A DNA stretch of 64,000 nucleotides, taken from the NCBI GenBank assembly GCA_038057075.1, contig JBBUDV010000006.1, forward strand, positions 2,216 through 66,215. The letters run 5' to 3'. The notes under the pieces were generated by a model. The model was not told the DNA's origin. It made no database searches and saw nothing but the letters and a program-made list of their open reading frames with translations. Shown piece after piece: positions 9,411 through 17,905 of this stretch. The stretch is from Patescibacteria group bacterium. GTDB taxonomy: Bacteria; Patescibacteriota; Minisyncoccia; UBA6257; UBA9933. A program made the position numbers and the translations under genes. Positions within the stretch are counted from its first letter, which is position 1; each line of letters starts with the position of its first letter.

Positions 9411-10303
9411 AATTTAATGAATAAAACAACAAATCCCAAGCTTATCAATAAAATGGCGATAATTTTTTGGATTATTACCGGCGTTGATATTTTTTCTTCA
9501 AAAATAGCCGGATATTTTATTGAAAGCGCGGTGACAATTAAAAAAATAAAAGCGTATCGCGTTCCTTCCAGGGCGCTGACCAAAGCCACGCTTCCCAGAT
9601 AAATCGCGTAATTTACGAGAATAAAAGCGATGCCTCCGATAATTTTATTTATTATCACCAAAGCCCCCCATTTGAATTTAAGCCCTCGCGAAGTTTTAAA
9701 AATTAATTCGCGGTTTTTGAAAACAATAAGCAAAAATATCGCTCCTAAAAAGCTCCCCAATCGCTGCCAGATAAAACCGGAAATAAAAGGCTGATTTAAA
9801 AAAATGTATTTTGTCAAAATATAAAAAATGGCAAAAAGAAATGCGGCAAAAATTGATTTTTTAAAATGCCCAAATTTATAATTTTTATCGTTTTTTTCAG
9901 CGGAAATCAAAACGCCGCCGCATACCAATAATCCAAAAGCGATAAATTGAAACAAATTTAAATGCGCGCCGAGAATAAAATAACTTATTATTAAAACAAA
10001 AATCGGAGTAAAACCGCCTATAACCGGAATAATTCGCGATGTCTCCCCTTCTCTTAAAACGCTGTAAAAAACTATTAAAGCGGCAAGAAAAATAATTCCC
10101 GCTAAAATTGAAATTAAAAACTGGCTAAAACCGGGCCAGTTTAAACCGAAAGGCGCAAGAAATAAAACAAAAATGCTTAAAATCCCGCTGTAAAAACCGA
10201 GAACAATTGGATGTTGAATCGGTTTTTTTAAAATAAATTTATCTATTACCGAGCTAAAAGCATTTATAAAATAGGCAACGATTGAAATTAAAACCCAATT
10301 CAT
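9407..10303 (-). CDS. EamA/DMT-family transporter
   Basis: 298 aa with about 10 TM segments in a duplicated 5-TM arrangement. Confidence 0.55.
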   Translation of the reverse strand: MNWVLISIVAYFINAFSSVIDKFILKKPIQHPIVLGFYSGILSIFVLFLAPFGLNWPGFSQFLISILAGIIFLAALIVFYSVLREGETSRIIPVIGGFTPIFVLIISYFILGAHLNLFQFIAFGLLVCGGVLISAEKNDKNYKFGHFKKSIFAAFLFAIFYILTKYIFLNQPFISGFIWQRLGSFLGAIFLLIVFKNRELIFKTSRGLKFKWGALVIINKIIGGIAFILVNYAIYLGSVALVSALEGTRYAFIFLIVTALSIKYPAIFEEKISTPVIIQKIIAILLISLGFVVLFIKL

Positions 10304-10310
10304 AATTCAA

Positions 10311-10400
10311 TTACATTTGGCAGCGAGACCGCAAAAAAAACTTAGTTTTATTTGCGGCGAGCGAACCAAATGAAAAAAATGTTACGCTCCGTAACATTTA
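10311..10400. repeat. Repeat family A copy 1 (~90 bp, two-hairpin intergenic element)
   Basis: ttacatttggcagcgagaccgcaaa...tttgcggcgagcgaaccaaatgaaaaaaatgttacgctccgtaacattt. Lies 8 nt upstream of the DMT gene start. Confidence 0.8.
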
Positions 10401-10425
10401 TTATACCATTATCGCCATTACGCTA

Positions 10426-11685
10426 TTATAATGCTTCTTTTGTATAGATATTTGAAGCATTCCAAAGCATAAATCCGCTATATCTTTGTCCCAAAGAATC
10501 CGAAACTGCCTTTATTTGGGCTTTTACCATTTCAAGCGAGTAAATGGCTCCAAGGTTAAAATCCTGCAACCAAGGCCTTATTTTGGCTGTTATTCGAGGT
10601 TTTACAGCCCCAGAAGGCGTTTCTTTAGTGGAAGTTGCGTTTTTCAGATCTTCTTGAGTTTCAAAATTAATCAATCTTTTAACAGCTTCGTCAATGGAAT
10701 ATTTTACTATCTCGTAAGGATATTTAGCTGGATTGGAAAAATTTAAAGTCCCGGGATAATAATGTGATGGATAAACCATTGGACAGACAAAATCAAAATA
10801 TTTATAAGCGTCTTCCAATATCTGGCCTATGCCTAAATCGTCTTTTTGAATTGTCACCAATCCGAAAATATCCGCTGAAATTTTTGTTTCAGGCAACGAT
10901 TCACGAAGATATTTAAAAAATCCGTTGATTATTTTTTTCTTTGGAGTTTTTTGGTCCCAAAAAGAAAAATACATTGAACTCATGTCGCCGTCGGACGGAA
11001 ATCTGATGTAATCAAAATTTATTTCGTCAAAACCGCGGCTTGCGGCGTCTTTGGCAATGGCAATGTTATAATCCCAAACTTCTTTTGAAGTCGGGTCAGA
11101 CCATGCCAAACCTTTTTTGTCATACCAAGTCGGATACGGCGGCGTTGAAGAAGCGTTGGATTTTTTCTTTACCGCCAAATCGGGTCTGGCTTTAGCCAAA
11201 GCCGGGTCCTGAAAAACAGTGATTCTGGCAATGGCATAGATACCGTTATCGTGGAGTTTTTTGAGCAGAGCGTTTATTTTTTTGATTTTAACCTCTTTCG
11301 CCCCGTATTCGTCAATTTGAGGTAAATTTATTTCGTAAGAAACATAACCGGAATAATCTTTAATATCTATAACAACCGCGTTAAGGCCTGTTGTCTTTTT
11401 CAAATTAATTATTTCATTGATTTTCTTTTCACTGCCCCCTGACCACCCGGTCAGATAAACGGCTTTTATTATTTGCGGCGGGTCAATCAGAGGTTTTTGC
11501 GGCTCAATATCAATATTAAGCGGCTTTTTAATTTTTTCCTCCGCAACGGCATTTTTATCGGATTGTGCTATCTGGCTTGATTCTATTTGAAAATTTGTTT
11601 TCTTTGAAAAAACAAAAAAACCGATCCCGATAACCGGCAAAATTAAAGCAAATGAAATTAAATTTATTTTTTTTGAACGCTTCAA
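10426..11685 (-). CDS. DUF4015-type putative glycoside-hydrolase-like lipoprotein
   Basis: KAVYLTGWSGGSEKKINEIINLKKTTGLNAVVIDIKDYSGY resembles the PF13200 core. N-terminal signal/TM. Confidence 0.5.
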   Translation of the reverse strand: MKRSKKINLISFALILPVIGIGFFVFSKKTNFQIESSQIAQSDKNAVAEEKIKKPLNIDIEPQKPLIDPPQIIKAVYLTGWSGGSEKKINEIINLKKTTGLNAVVIDIKDYSGYVSYEINLPQIDEYGAKEVKIKKINALLKKLHDNGIYAIARITVFQDPALAKARPDLAVKKKSNASSTPPYPTWYDKKGLAWSDPTSKEVWDYNIAIAKDAASRGFDEINFDYIRFPSDGDMSSMYFSFWDQKTPKKKIINGFFKYLRESLPETKISADIFGLVTIQKDDLGIGQILEDAYKYFDFVCPMVYPSHYYPGTLNFSNPAKYPYEIVKYSIDEAVKRLINFETQEDLKNATSTKETPSGAVKPRITAKIRPWLQDFNLGAIYSLEMVKAQIKAVSDSLGQRYSGFMLWNASNIYTKEAL

Positions 11686-11686
11686 A

Positions 11687-12235
11687 TCAATTGATTTTTA
11701 ATAGTTCAACTTCAAAAACAAGCGTGGCGCCGGGCGGTATCGCTCCTGGAACGCCTCTTTCGCCATATCCCAATTCGGACGGAATAGTCAATTTGCGTTT
11801 TTCCCCGACTTTCATGCCCAACAATCCCTGTTCCCATCCTTGGATTACTTGTCCCGCGCCGAGAACAAAAGAAAACGGCTGTCCCCTGTCAATGGAAGAA
11901 TCAAATTTTTCCCCGTCTGTTAATGTACCAATGTAATGGGCAGTAATCTTATCGCCATTTTTGGCGCCTTCACCCTCGCCTTGCTTTAAAATTTCTACAT
12001 TTACCCCGTTAGAAATAATTTGTTTTATATTATTACCTTCGAGATTATTATTGTTGTTTGTATTTGAATTTCTAACGGGGTTTACCATAAGTTTGTTTTG
12101 ATTATTTTCGACTTTTTCAGAGTTAAAATCAATTTTCTTGCTGAAATAATAACCGCCTACAAATACGGCTATTACCAGAATCGCGGTTAAAAATAAATTT
12201 AAAAAATTTTTATTATTCATATAATTTATTGCCAT
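11687..12235 (-). CDS. FKBP-type peptidyl-prolyl cis-trans isomerase, membrane-anchored
   Basis: C-terminal FKBP domain ([15 protein letters not shown]...[20 protein letters not shown]...[11 protein letters not shown]). The N-rich linker carries the IR-C element in frame. Confidence 0.85.
   Translation of the reverse strand: MAINYMNNKNFLNLFLTAILVIAVFVGGYYFSKKIDFNSEKVENNQNKLMVNPVRNSNTNNNNNLEGNNIKQIISNGVNVEILKQGEGEGAKNGDKITAHYIGTLTDGEKFDSSIDRGQPFSFVLGAGQVIQGWEQGLLGMKVGEKRKLTIPSELGYGERGVPGAIPPGATLVFEVELLKIN
12000..12086. mobile_element. IR-C family element inserted in frame in the FKBP gene
   Basis: Arms tttaccccgttagaaat / atttctaacggggttta flank 52 bp of AT-rich DNA. The element is 87 bp (29 codons) and encodes the low-complexity linker [28 protein letters not shown]. 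Confidence 0.55.
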
Positions 12236-12543
12236 TCACTGAACCCGTGTTCTAAATTATATACGTCTTGAAATCCCATAGGCGCCATAATTTTTTCCGC
12301 GCAAGCGCGGCTGCGGCCGCCTTTTTCGCAATAAACCAGATATTTTTTATTCTTATCCAATTTGTCAATTTTGTTCTGAAAATCCGGAGAATACATGTCT
12401 AAATTAACCGCATTTTCAAGATGTCCGCTGTCAAATTCTTCTTTCGCGCGTACGTCTAAAATTATAAAATCGGCGTTATTTTTATTTCCCTCAATAAGTT
12501 TTTTTGCCGCTTCAGAAGAAATATTTTTAATTTGTTGTTCCAT
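12226..12543 (-). CDS. Rhodanese-domain sulfurtransferase
   Basis: 105 aa with active-site Cys in YCEKGGRS. Confidence 0.8.
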   Translation of the reverse strand: MEQQIKNISSEAAKKLIEGNKNNADFIILDVRAKEEFDSGHLENAVNLDMYSPDFQNKIDKLDKNKKYLVYCEKGGRSRACAEKIMAPMGFQDVYNLEHGFSEWQ

Positions 12544-12570
12544 CTCTGGAAAATTATAAATGATTTTCTA

Positions 12571-12610
12571 AAAAATAAAAAGCCCCGCCAGTCCATGAAC
12601 TGGCGGGGCG
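12571..12610 (-). terminator. Rho-independent terminator
   Basis: Stem gccccgccagt/actggcggggc with an A-run on plus, giving a U-run on minus. Confidence 0.5.
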
Positions 12611-12694
12611 AATACTACATCCTTCTTTGCAATAGGTAATTGCTCTCAAAAAATATCGCGGACGCATCATAAGCAATACCTCCTTTCATCTTAA

Positions 12695-12877
12695 TTATTT
12701 TTTCGGTTGGCATTGCAGGCAAACTACAGTTGGACATTTTAATATATTTTCTTCGCTTAAAATACCGATATTAGGTTCCCAAACATCATTAATTTTAATC
12801 GCATTGCAACCCGCGCATTTTATGATATTTTCTGCAATATTATTTATTACTTCAGGTCCGCCTTTTATGGTCCGCAT
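12695..12877 (-). CDS. Small Cys-rich protein (putative zinc ribbon), unknown function
   Basis: MRTIKGG... with CAGC...C...CxxC. A GGAGAGGGAG Shine-Dalgarno precedes the chosen ATG. The ORF-track start is 18 nt further upstream. Confidence 0.4.
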   Translation of the reverse strand: MRTIKGGPEVINNIAENIIKCAGCNAIKINDVWEPNIGILSEENILKCPTVVCLQCQPKK

Positions 12878-12935
12878 AATTTTCTCCCTCTCCAAATTAT
12901 AAATTTGCTAACATAAGAATATCATATTCTAATGT

Positions 12936-13757
12936 TTATGCAATAATTTTGACAAATCTCCACTTTTTATACTGATCTTTGTAAAATATCCATTTTTTAT
13001 ATTTTAATTGCTTTAAAATTTTCCCGATTAATGGTTTTTGAAATGAGTCAAATTCCATCCATATTTGACAGGTTGGTTTAATATATTGAACCGTTTGTTT
13101 TAAGAATTTTTTAATTATTTTAAGTCCGTCTTTTCCCGAGAATAATGCCTTTTTTGGTTCGTATTTTAAAACCTCCTTCTGAACCCTGTTTTTCCGTTTT
13201 AGAGCGACATACGGCGGATTTGCCAAAATAAAATCGTATTTATCTTTCAATAAATTTAAAGAGTGAACGGCTGTATCAATTATATTTTTACCGCTCGGGT
13301 TAACCCGAGCGGTAAAAATATCTGCCCGTATCACGCGATAACGAGATTTGTTGATTCTATTTATTTTCAAATTTAATTTTATCTGCTTTATCAAATTAGA
13401 ATCAATTTCATAAAAATCTACTTTTGAATTTTTTACATTTTTCAGGACAGAAATTCCCACACAGCCGGAACCGGCGAAAACATCCGCTATCTTTAAAGAT
13501 AGCGGCTTAGCATTCACGGAATAATCCAAAATTTTCGCAATTACTTTTTCAACCCAAAATTCCGTTTCCGGACGTGGAATCAACGGCTTAAAAGAAAGGT
13601 CTATTTCACAGTTTAAAAACGGTTTCCATCCTACGATATAATCAACCGGCTCGCCTTTTTTCAACCGTTTTATGTCATTTTCAATTTCCGGTCGGAGTTT
13701 GCCGCCATATTTATCTTTCAAAATCCAACCGATTTCTTTATAAAAATTTTTGGACAT
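12936..13757 (-). CDS. prmC: Release factor glutamine N5-methyltransferase PrmC/HemK
   Basis: SAM motif DVFAGSGCVGISV and the NPPY catalytic motif FILANPPYV. Confidence 0.8.
   Translation of the reverse strand: MSKNFYKEIGWILKDKYGGKLRPEIENDIKRLKKGEPVDYIVGWKPFLNCEIDLSFKPLIPRPETEFWVEKVIAKILDYSVNAKPLSLKIADVFAGSGCVGISVLKNVKNSKVDFYEIDSNLIKQIKLNLKINRINKSRYRVIRADIFTARVNPSGKNIIDTAVHSLNLLKDKYDFILANPPYVALKRKNRVQKEVLKYEPKKALFSGKDGLKIIKKFLKQTVQYIKPTCQIWMEFDSFQKPLIGKILKQLKYKKWIFYKDQYKKWRFVKIIA
13283..13320. mobile_element. Palindrome-B (38-bp perfect palindrome) inside the prmC coding sequence
   Basis: tatttttaccgctcgggttaacccgagcggtaaaaata encodes IFTARVNPSGKNI between the DIF and NPPY motifs, where PrmC normally has a much shorter spacer. 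An identical copy lies at 17863-17900. Confidence 0.6.
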
Positions 13758-13846
13758 TTTACATATTATAAATGCCTTAATGATAATTATTCAACGGCAA
13801 AATAAAAAGCGCCCCAACAAATAGCGGAACGCAGAATTTAAATTAA

Positions 13847-14344
13847 CTAGATAATCACGACGCATTTTTCATTTTTTCTTTTGCTGGCTCCAAATTCGCC
13901 CAAATACGCCATTGGACCGGCAAAATGAGGATAAGAAAATTTTTTGGCGATTTCTCTTAATTCTTCAATGTCGCAGTTATAAACAAACAACCTTAAACGC
14001 CTTAACATTTTTTCCGCGACATATTCCTCTCCGAAAAATCTAATATGGTCCTTTCCCCAATGTTCGCAATAATCGACGTTGTTTTTGTCCAAAGTCTTTA
14101 TTTCAATATCTACTAATTTCCCGTCGATTACCAGCTTATGCCTACATATCCACTGGATTAGATTGCCGTCAGAACCGACATGTTCATAATCGGTAATTCC
14201 GTATTTTTCGGGATTTTCCATCAATGTCTCAAAAAAATTAATAGCAATGGCTAAAATTATTGATTCATCATGGAGCCACTGAACCGTCAAATTTTTAATC
14301 ATTTCTTTCAAATCGCTTTCTTTGAATAAAAATAATTTTTTCAT
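13847..14344 (-). CDS. Hypothetical protein
   Basis: 165 aa ORF with no recognisable motif. Confidence 0.3.
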   Translation of the reverse strand: MKKLFLFKESDLKEMIKNLTVQWLHDESIILAIAINFFETLMENPEKYGITDYEHVGSDGNLIQWICRHKLVIDGKLVDIEIKTLDKNNVDYCEHWGKDHIRFFGEEYVAEKMLRRLRLFVYNCDIEELREIAKKFSYPHFAGPMAYLGEFGASKRKNEKCVVII

Positions 14345-14428
14345 TCTCCTCTCCTTTATAACTGATTTTTTATTTTCAAAGAACCAAACTATTTTAAAAT
14401 ATTAATTTAAAAAATTATAGCTTGTCAA

Positions 14429-14488
14429 TCCCGTTAGAAATACATACAAAATTTAATAAATTTTTACTGCCCTGGATTTCTAACGGGG
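14429..14488. repeat. IR-C family element, intergenic copy
   Basis: tcccgttagaaat - 34 bp - atttctaacgggg. Confidence 0.55.
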
Positions 14489-14492
14489 TTAA

Positions 14493-14532
14493 ATAAAAAA
14501 CAGCCCTTTGATAAACTCGGGGCTGTTTTTTA
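14493..14532 (-). terminator. Bidirectional rho-independent terminator downstream of the RRM gene
   Basis: aaaaaaaacagccc...ggggctgtttttt. Confidence 0.6.
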
Positions 14533-14549
14533 TTTGTTGGTCTATATCT

Positions 14550-14897
14550 TTACCATTCCGCTTTTCTGTGTCCGCCGCCAAATCCTCCTCTGCCTCCACT
14601 GCCTCCGCTACCTCCGCGGAAACCTCCTTCACCTCTCGGTGCTCTGGGTTCCATGGGGCGAGCTTCGTTGACGGTCCAAGTCCTTCCATCAACTTCTTTT
14701 CCGTTGAACATTTCAATAGCTTTATTCGCTTCATCGTCATTGGACATTTCCACAAAACCGAATCCTTTGGAACGGCCTGAAAATTTGTCTTTAATGACGG
14801 TCGCGGATTCAACCGCGCCTGCCTGCGAAAAAGTATTTTTCAAAATGTCTTCTGAAGTGTCATAAGACAAATTGCCAACGTACAATTTCTTTGCCAT
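14550..14897 (-). CDS. RRM-type RNA-binding protein with Gly/Arg-rich tail
   Basis: RNP-2 LYVGNL and RNP-1 KGFGFVEM, with a C-terminal RGG/GGS tail. Confidence 0.85.
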   Translation of the reverse strand: MAKKLYVGNLSYDTSEDILKNTFSQAGAVESATVIKDKFSGRSKGFGFVEMSNDDEANKAIEMFNGKEVDGRTWTVNEARPMEPRAPRGEGGFRGGSGGSGGRGGFGGGHRKAEW

Positions 14898-15065
14898 TTA
14901 TTTGATTATTTCAGTAGGGCGACCCTCTCTAGTTACCCCTTCAAAAGCGCTACTAAACGAGCCCTTGCTAAAAGAAACTAACCGAGAAACCTACCCTCCA
15001 ATTTTTCTTAAATTGGATAAAAATATTATAAATTAAATGTAAATGAAAAGCAACTCTAATGGGGT

Positions 15066-16700
15066 TTACTGACCGAGTAATGATTTAAATAAATTAATCA
15101 CTTTACCCAATAATGACTCGTTTGCCGAAGACGGAGGAGGCAACGTTTCCCCGCTTGGAGGTTGCGCGGGCAACATCATGCCTCCGGGATATTGCTGCGG
15201 CTGTATTTGTATTACTCGCTGTTGTATGTTTTTTAAACATTCCTCGGGATTTTCTGATTTAGAGCAAAATTCTTTACATTCCTCGGGACTACTACAAGGC
15301 GCTTCTGCCGTTCCTTGAGGAAACATTTGAGGCGTTTGCCCCTCTACCTCTACTCCGGGCATCATTATATTTTGAGGGATGCCGGGCATTTGAGGCGCTT
15401 GCATCATATTGCCGGGCTGTTTAGAACCGTATTGTTCAAAACAACTTTTGGCTTTCTGTATAAATTCGCCTTTCTCTTCATCTTTCATAACGCCAGATTG
15501 CAATCTGCCGACGGCATCCTCGCCTAAAGTTGTTCTCAAACATTCCTTCATTTCTTGCGACATTGATTCAAATGAAGGCATACCTGTCGGACGACCGTCG
15601 CCACCGGGGCCCATCTGGCCTCCACCAACGCCTGGCGCGCCCATTACGCTTTCAAAACATGCCCGCATTTTATCTCCAATATCTCTTGGAGGCATAATGG
15701 AACCGCTTTTAAGTTTTTCCATCATTTCCGCGCCGATTGTGGAATTAAGGCATTCAATCACTTTTGGCGGCGCCTGGTTCAATATTTCTTGAAATTTTTG
15801 TTTGCCTCCTTCCATTCTTTGAATATCTTCTTGTTTTATAAAGCCGTATTCTTTCGCAAAATTAAAACAGGATTCTTGGTTTTCGGGACTGCTGCAAAAT
15901 GCCTCGCATTGTTCTTTACCGCGGCAATTGCCCGGACCTTTGCCTCCGGTTTTACGCGCCATTTCAGCTTCTTCAGCAGACATAAATCCGGCCGCCTCGG
16001 CGAATTTCATACATTCTTCAAAATGACTTTCCTCGGAACAATAAACGTCGCATTCCTTCTTGCCGCGGCACTGCGGCGGCTTTGCGCCTTTCTTAATGGC
16101 TTCTAAAACCTTTTGCGATTCTTGCTTTTCGTTTTCATCCATTAATCCGGCCGCCTGCGCGAAAATTATACACTCTTCCATATGGTCAACGCTGCCGCAG
16201 TATAAGTCGCATGATTTTTTATTGCCGCAAGAAGGCGGTTTTACGCCTTGTTTTATAGCAGCTCTCACTTTTTTAGCTTCATCTAATTCTTTTGGAGGCA
16301 ATATGTTGTTTTTTTCGGCAAATGTCACACATTCGTCTATATGGGAAATTTCATCGCAATATTTTTCACAGGAATCCTTTGTCGCGCAATTTCCAGGCCC
16401 TTTGCCGGCTGCTAAAAACTTTCTGGCGACATTAATTTTTTCTTGGCTCATTAAATTGTTCTTTTGGGCGAAATCCAAACACTTTTCCCTGTTTGCCGGC
16501 TTATCGCAATAAGCCCTGCAAGCAATTTCATTTTGGCAATTGCCCAATTCCGTAATAGGATATTGGATATTCGCCGCGACGCTTATGCCTGCGCCGGAAT
16601 CGGTTTGCGCCAGCGCGTTGCCGATTAAAATAACCGAAAATATAATTCCAAAACTTAAAACAATTGCGCTAAGATATTTTGTATTCATAATATTATTCAA
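15066..16700 (-). CDS. Secreted cysteine-rich tandem-repeat protein with Gly/Pro/Met/Gln-rich region
   Basis: Signal peptide, then about 6 copies of a ~45-aa module C-x4-5-C-x3-C-x7-8-C (e.g. GNCATKDSCEKYCDEISHIDECVTFAEKNN). Confidence 0.5.
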   Translation of the reverse strand: MNNIMNTKYLSAIVLSFGIIFSVILIGNALAQTDSGAGISVAANIQYPITELGNCQNEIACRAYCDKPANREKCLDFAQKNNLMSQEKINVARKFLAAGKGPGNCATKDSCEKYCDEISHIDECVTFAEKNNILPPKELDEAKKVRAAIKQGVKPPSCGNKKSCDLYCGSVDHMEECIIFAQAAGLMDENEKQESQKVLEAIKKGAKPPQCRGKKECDVYCSEESHFEECMKFAEAAGFMSAEEAEMARKTGGKGPGNCRGKEQCEAFCSSPENQESCFNFAKEYGFIKQEDIQRMEGGKQKFQEILNQAPPKVIECLNSTIGAEMMEKLKSGSIMPPRDIGDKMRACFESVMGAPGVGGGQMGPGGDGRPTGMPSFESMSQEMKECLRTTLGEDAVGRLQSGVMKDEEKGEFIQKAKSCFEQYGSKQPGNMMQAPQMPGIPQNIMMPGVEVEGQTPQMFPQGTAEAPCSSPEECKEFCSKSENPEECLKNIQQRVIQIQPQQYPGGMMLPAQPPSGETLPPPSSANESLLGKVINLFKSLLGQ

Positions 16701-16977
16701 ATGGATTTGTTTTAATGTCTTTGAACGGATTTGTTTTAGAAATGGGATTTACGTCAGGATTATTAATTGACGGCAAAACGCCTTGCGCCGCGCTTTTTTC
16801 CAATATTTCCCCCGTTTCTCCGATTGTTTGTAAAATTTGTTCCTGCGACGTTGTTTTTGTTTTTTTCCAATAAAAATATCCGCCGACGCCCAACGCGATT
16901 ATAACAACAACGGCGATTATCATAAAAATCGTTTTTTTATTTATGCCGTCTTGATTTAATTTCAATTCGTTCTCCAT
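16693..16977 (-). CDS. Small single-TM protein
   Basis: MENELKLNQDGINKKTIFMIIAVVVIIALGVGGYFYW... overlaps the 544-aa gene's start by 8 nt. The upstream part of the track ORF looks like promoter sequence (tgttataata). Confidence 0.4.
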   Translation of the reverse strand: MENELKLNQDGINKKTIFMIIAVVVIIALGVGGYFYWKKTKTTSQEQILQTIGETGEILEKSAAQGVLPSINNPDVNPISKTNPFKDIKTNPFE

Positions 16978-17088
16978 AAGAAATTTACTTATATTTATTA
17001 TAACATATAGATAATTCGGCAAAATGTGGATAATCCAATTTCTAAAAAAATGCCCTTTGACGTTGCGTCAAAGGGCTCTTTTTTCATG

Positions 17089-17286
17089 TTATCCGACCAC
17101 ATATAAATATCCGGCAATTCTGTTGCGTCGCCTCTTGCCATTAAAACATTTAATAGACATAACAGGAATTTTTTGCCTCTGAAAATTGCCTTTTAGACAT
17201 CTGTATGTGATTGCGACAATAACTCTTTTGCGAACGTCATTTCTATTGCAACGCAAACTTTTACATCCAAAACAGAATAATTGCAT
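17089..17286 (-). CDS. Small basic Cys-rich ORF
   Basis: Strong SD AAAGGAGG 7 nt upstream of ATG, and a hairpin terminator right after the stop. Confidence 0.3.
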   Translation of the reverse strand: MQLFCFGCKSLRCNRNDVRKRVIVAITYRCLKGNFQRQKIPVMSIKCFNGKRRRNRIAGYLYVVG

Positions 17287-17321
17287 TTCATCGCCTCCTT
17301 TTATCCGATTCTTACATTTGG

Positions 17322-17404
17322 CAGCGAGTCCACAAAGGGAACTTTAATTTCATTTGCGGCGAGCGAACCAAATGAAAAAATGTTACGCTCTGTGGCATTT
17401 TTTA
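17322..17404. repeat. Repeat family A copy 2
   Basis: ttacatttggcagcgagtccacaaagg...tttgcggcgagcgaaccaaatgaaaaaatgttacgctctgtggcatttttt. Confidence 0.8.
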
Positions 17405-17547
17405 TTGAATTTTAATTATTGGAACTAAAAATAGAATATCACTTAAATACTATTTTGTAAAGTGTTTTACTTTTTGCGCAAAAAGTTCGGCGCAAAAAAA
17501 GGCCCCGACAAAATGTCAGAGCCAAAGCGTTAAAACCGAAGTCTGGA

Positions 17548-17661
17548 CTACTTGGAGGGACAGCCGTAGTGGCACAGTTCACCGCCTCTGGAGCAGCTAC
17601 CGCAGGAGCTGATTGTCACTGTCTTGTTTGCCGGCTCTTTCTTGCTGTCGCCTTTTTTCAT
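17548..17661 (-). CDS. Small Cys-rich 37-aa ORF (unknown peptide)
   Basis: MKKGDSKKEPANKTVTISSCGSCSRGGELCHYGCPSK. SD GGAGA sits 6 nt upstream; a sigma70-like promoter (TTGACA-17-TATTTT) and a ~90-nt 5' leader precede it. Too short to appear in the ORF track. Confidence 0.35.
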   Translation of the reverse strand: MKKGDSKKEPANKTVTISSCGSCSRGGELCHYGCPSK

Positions 17662-17750
17662 GCCAGATCTCCTTTTTGTCCGGATTCCTACTTATCCGAC
17701 ATCTAGCCGGCTTGTGGATTCCGAACCATCCTTGGTCATGTTCTGATTAA

Positions 17751-17779
17751 AAAATAGCATATTTATATCAGATTGTCAA
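17751..17779 (-). promoter_or_regulatory. Putative sigma70-like promoter for the 37-aa ORF
   Basis: Minus-strand TTGACA - 17 nt - TATTTT. Confidence 0.4.
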
Positions 17780-17862
17780 GTATTTTAAAACATCATTATT
17801 CGCTTTTATGGAACTTTAATAATTATAGCGCAATTTGTCGTTTTGTGAATAACCTTAAATGA

Positions 17863-17900
17863 TATTTTTACCGCTCGGGTTAACCCGAGCGGTAAAAATA
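17863..17900. repeat. Palindrome-B copy 2, intergenic, terminator-like
   Basis: Identical 38-bp palindrome tatttttaccgctcgggttaacccgagcggtaaaaata, 6 nt after the CAP gene stop. Confidence 0.7.
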
Positions 17901-17905
17901 GTTGA

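Noticed and set aside
14489-14865. ORFs overlapping the RRM protein gene (107, 90, 70 aa)
   Set aside because: They are alternate frames or antisense of the Gly-rich RRM gene and its terminator. The RRM gene has clear RNP motifs.
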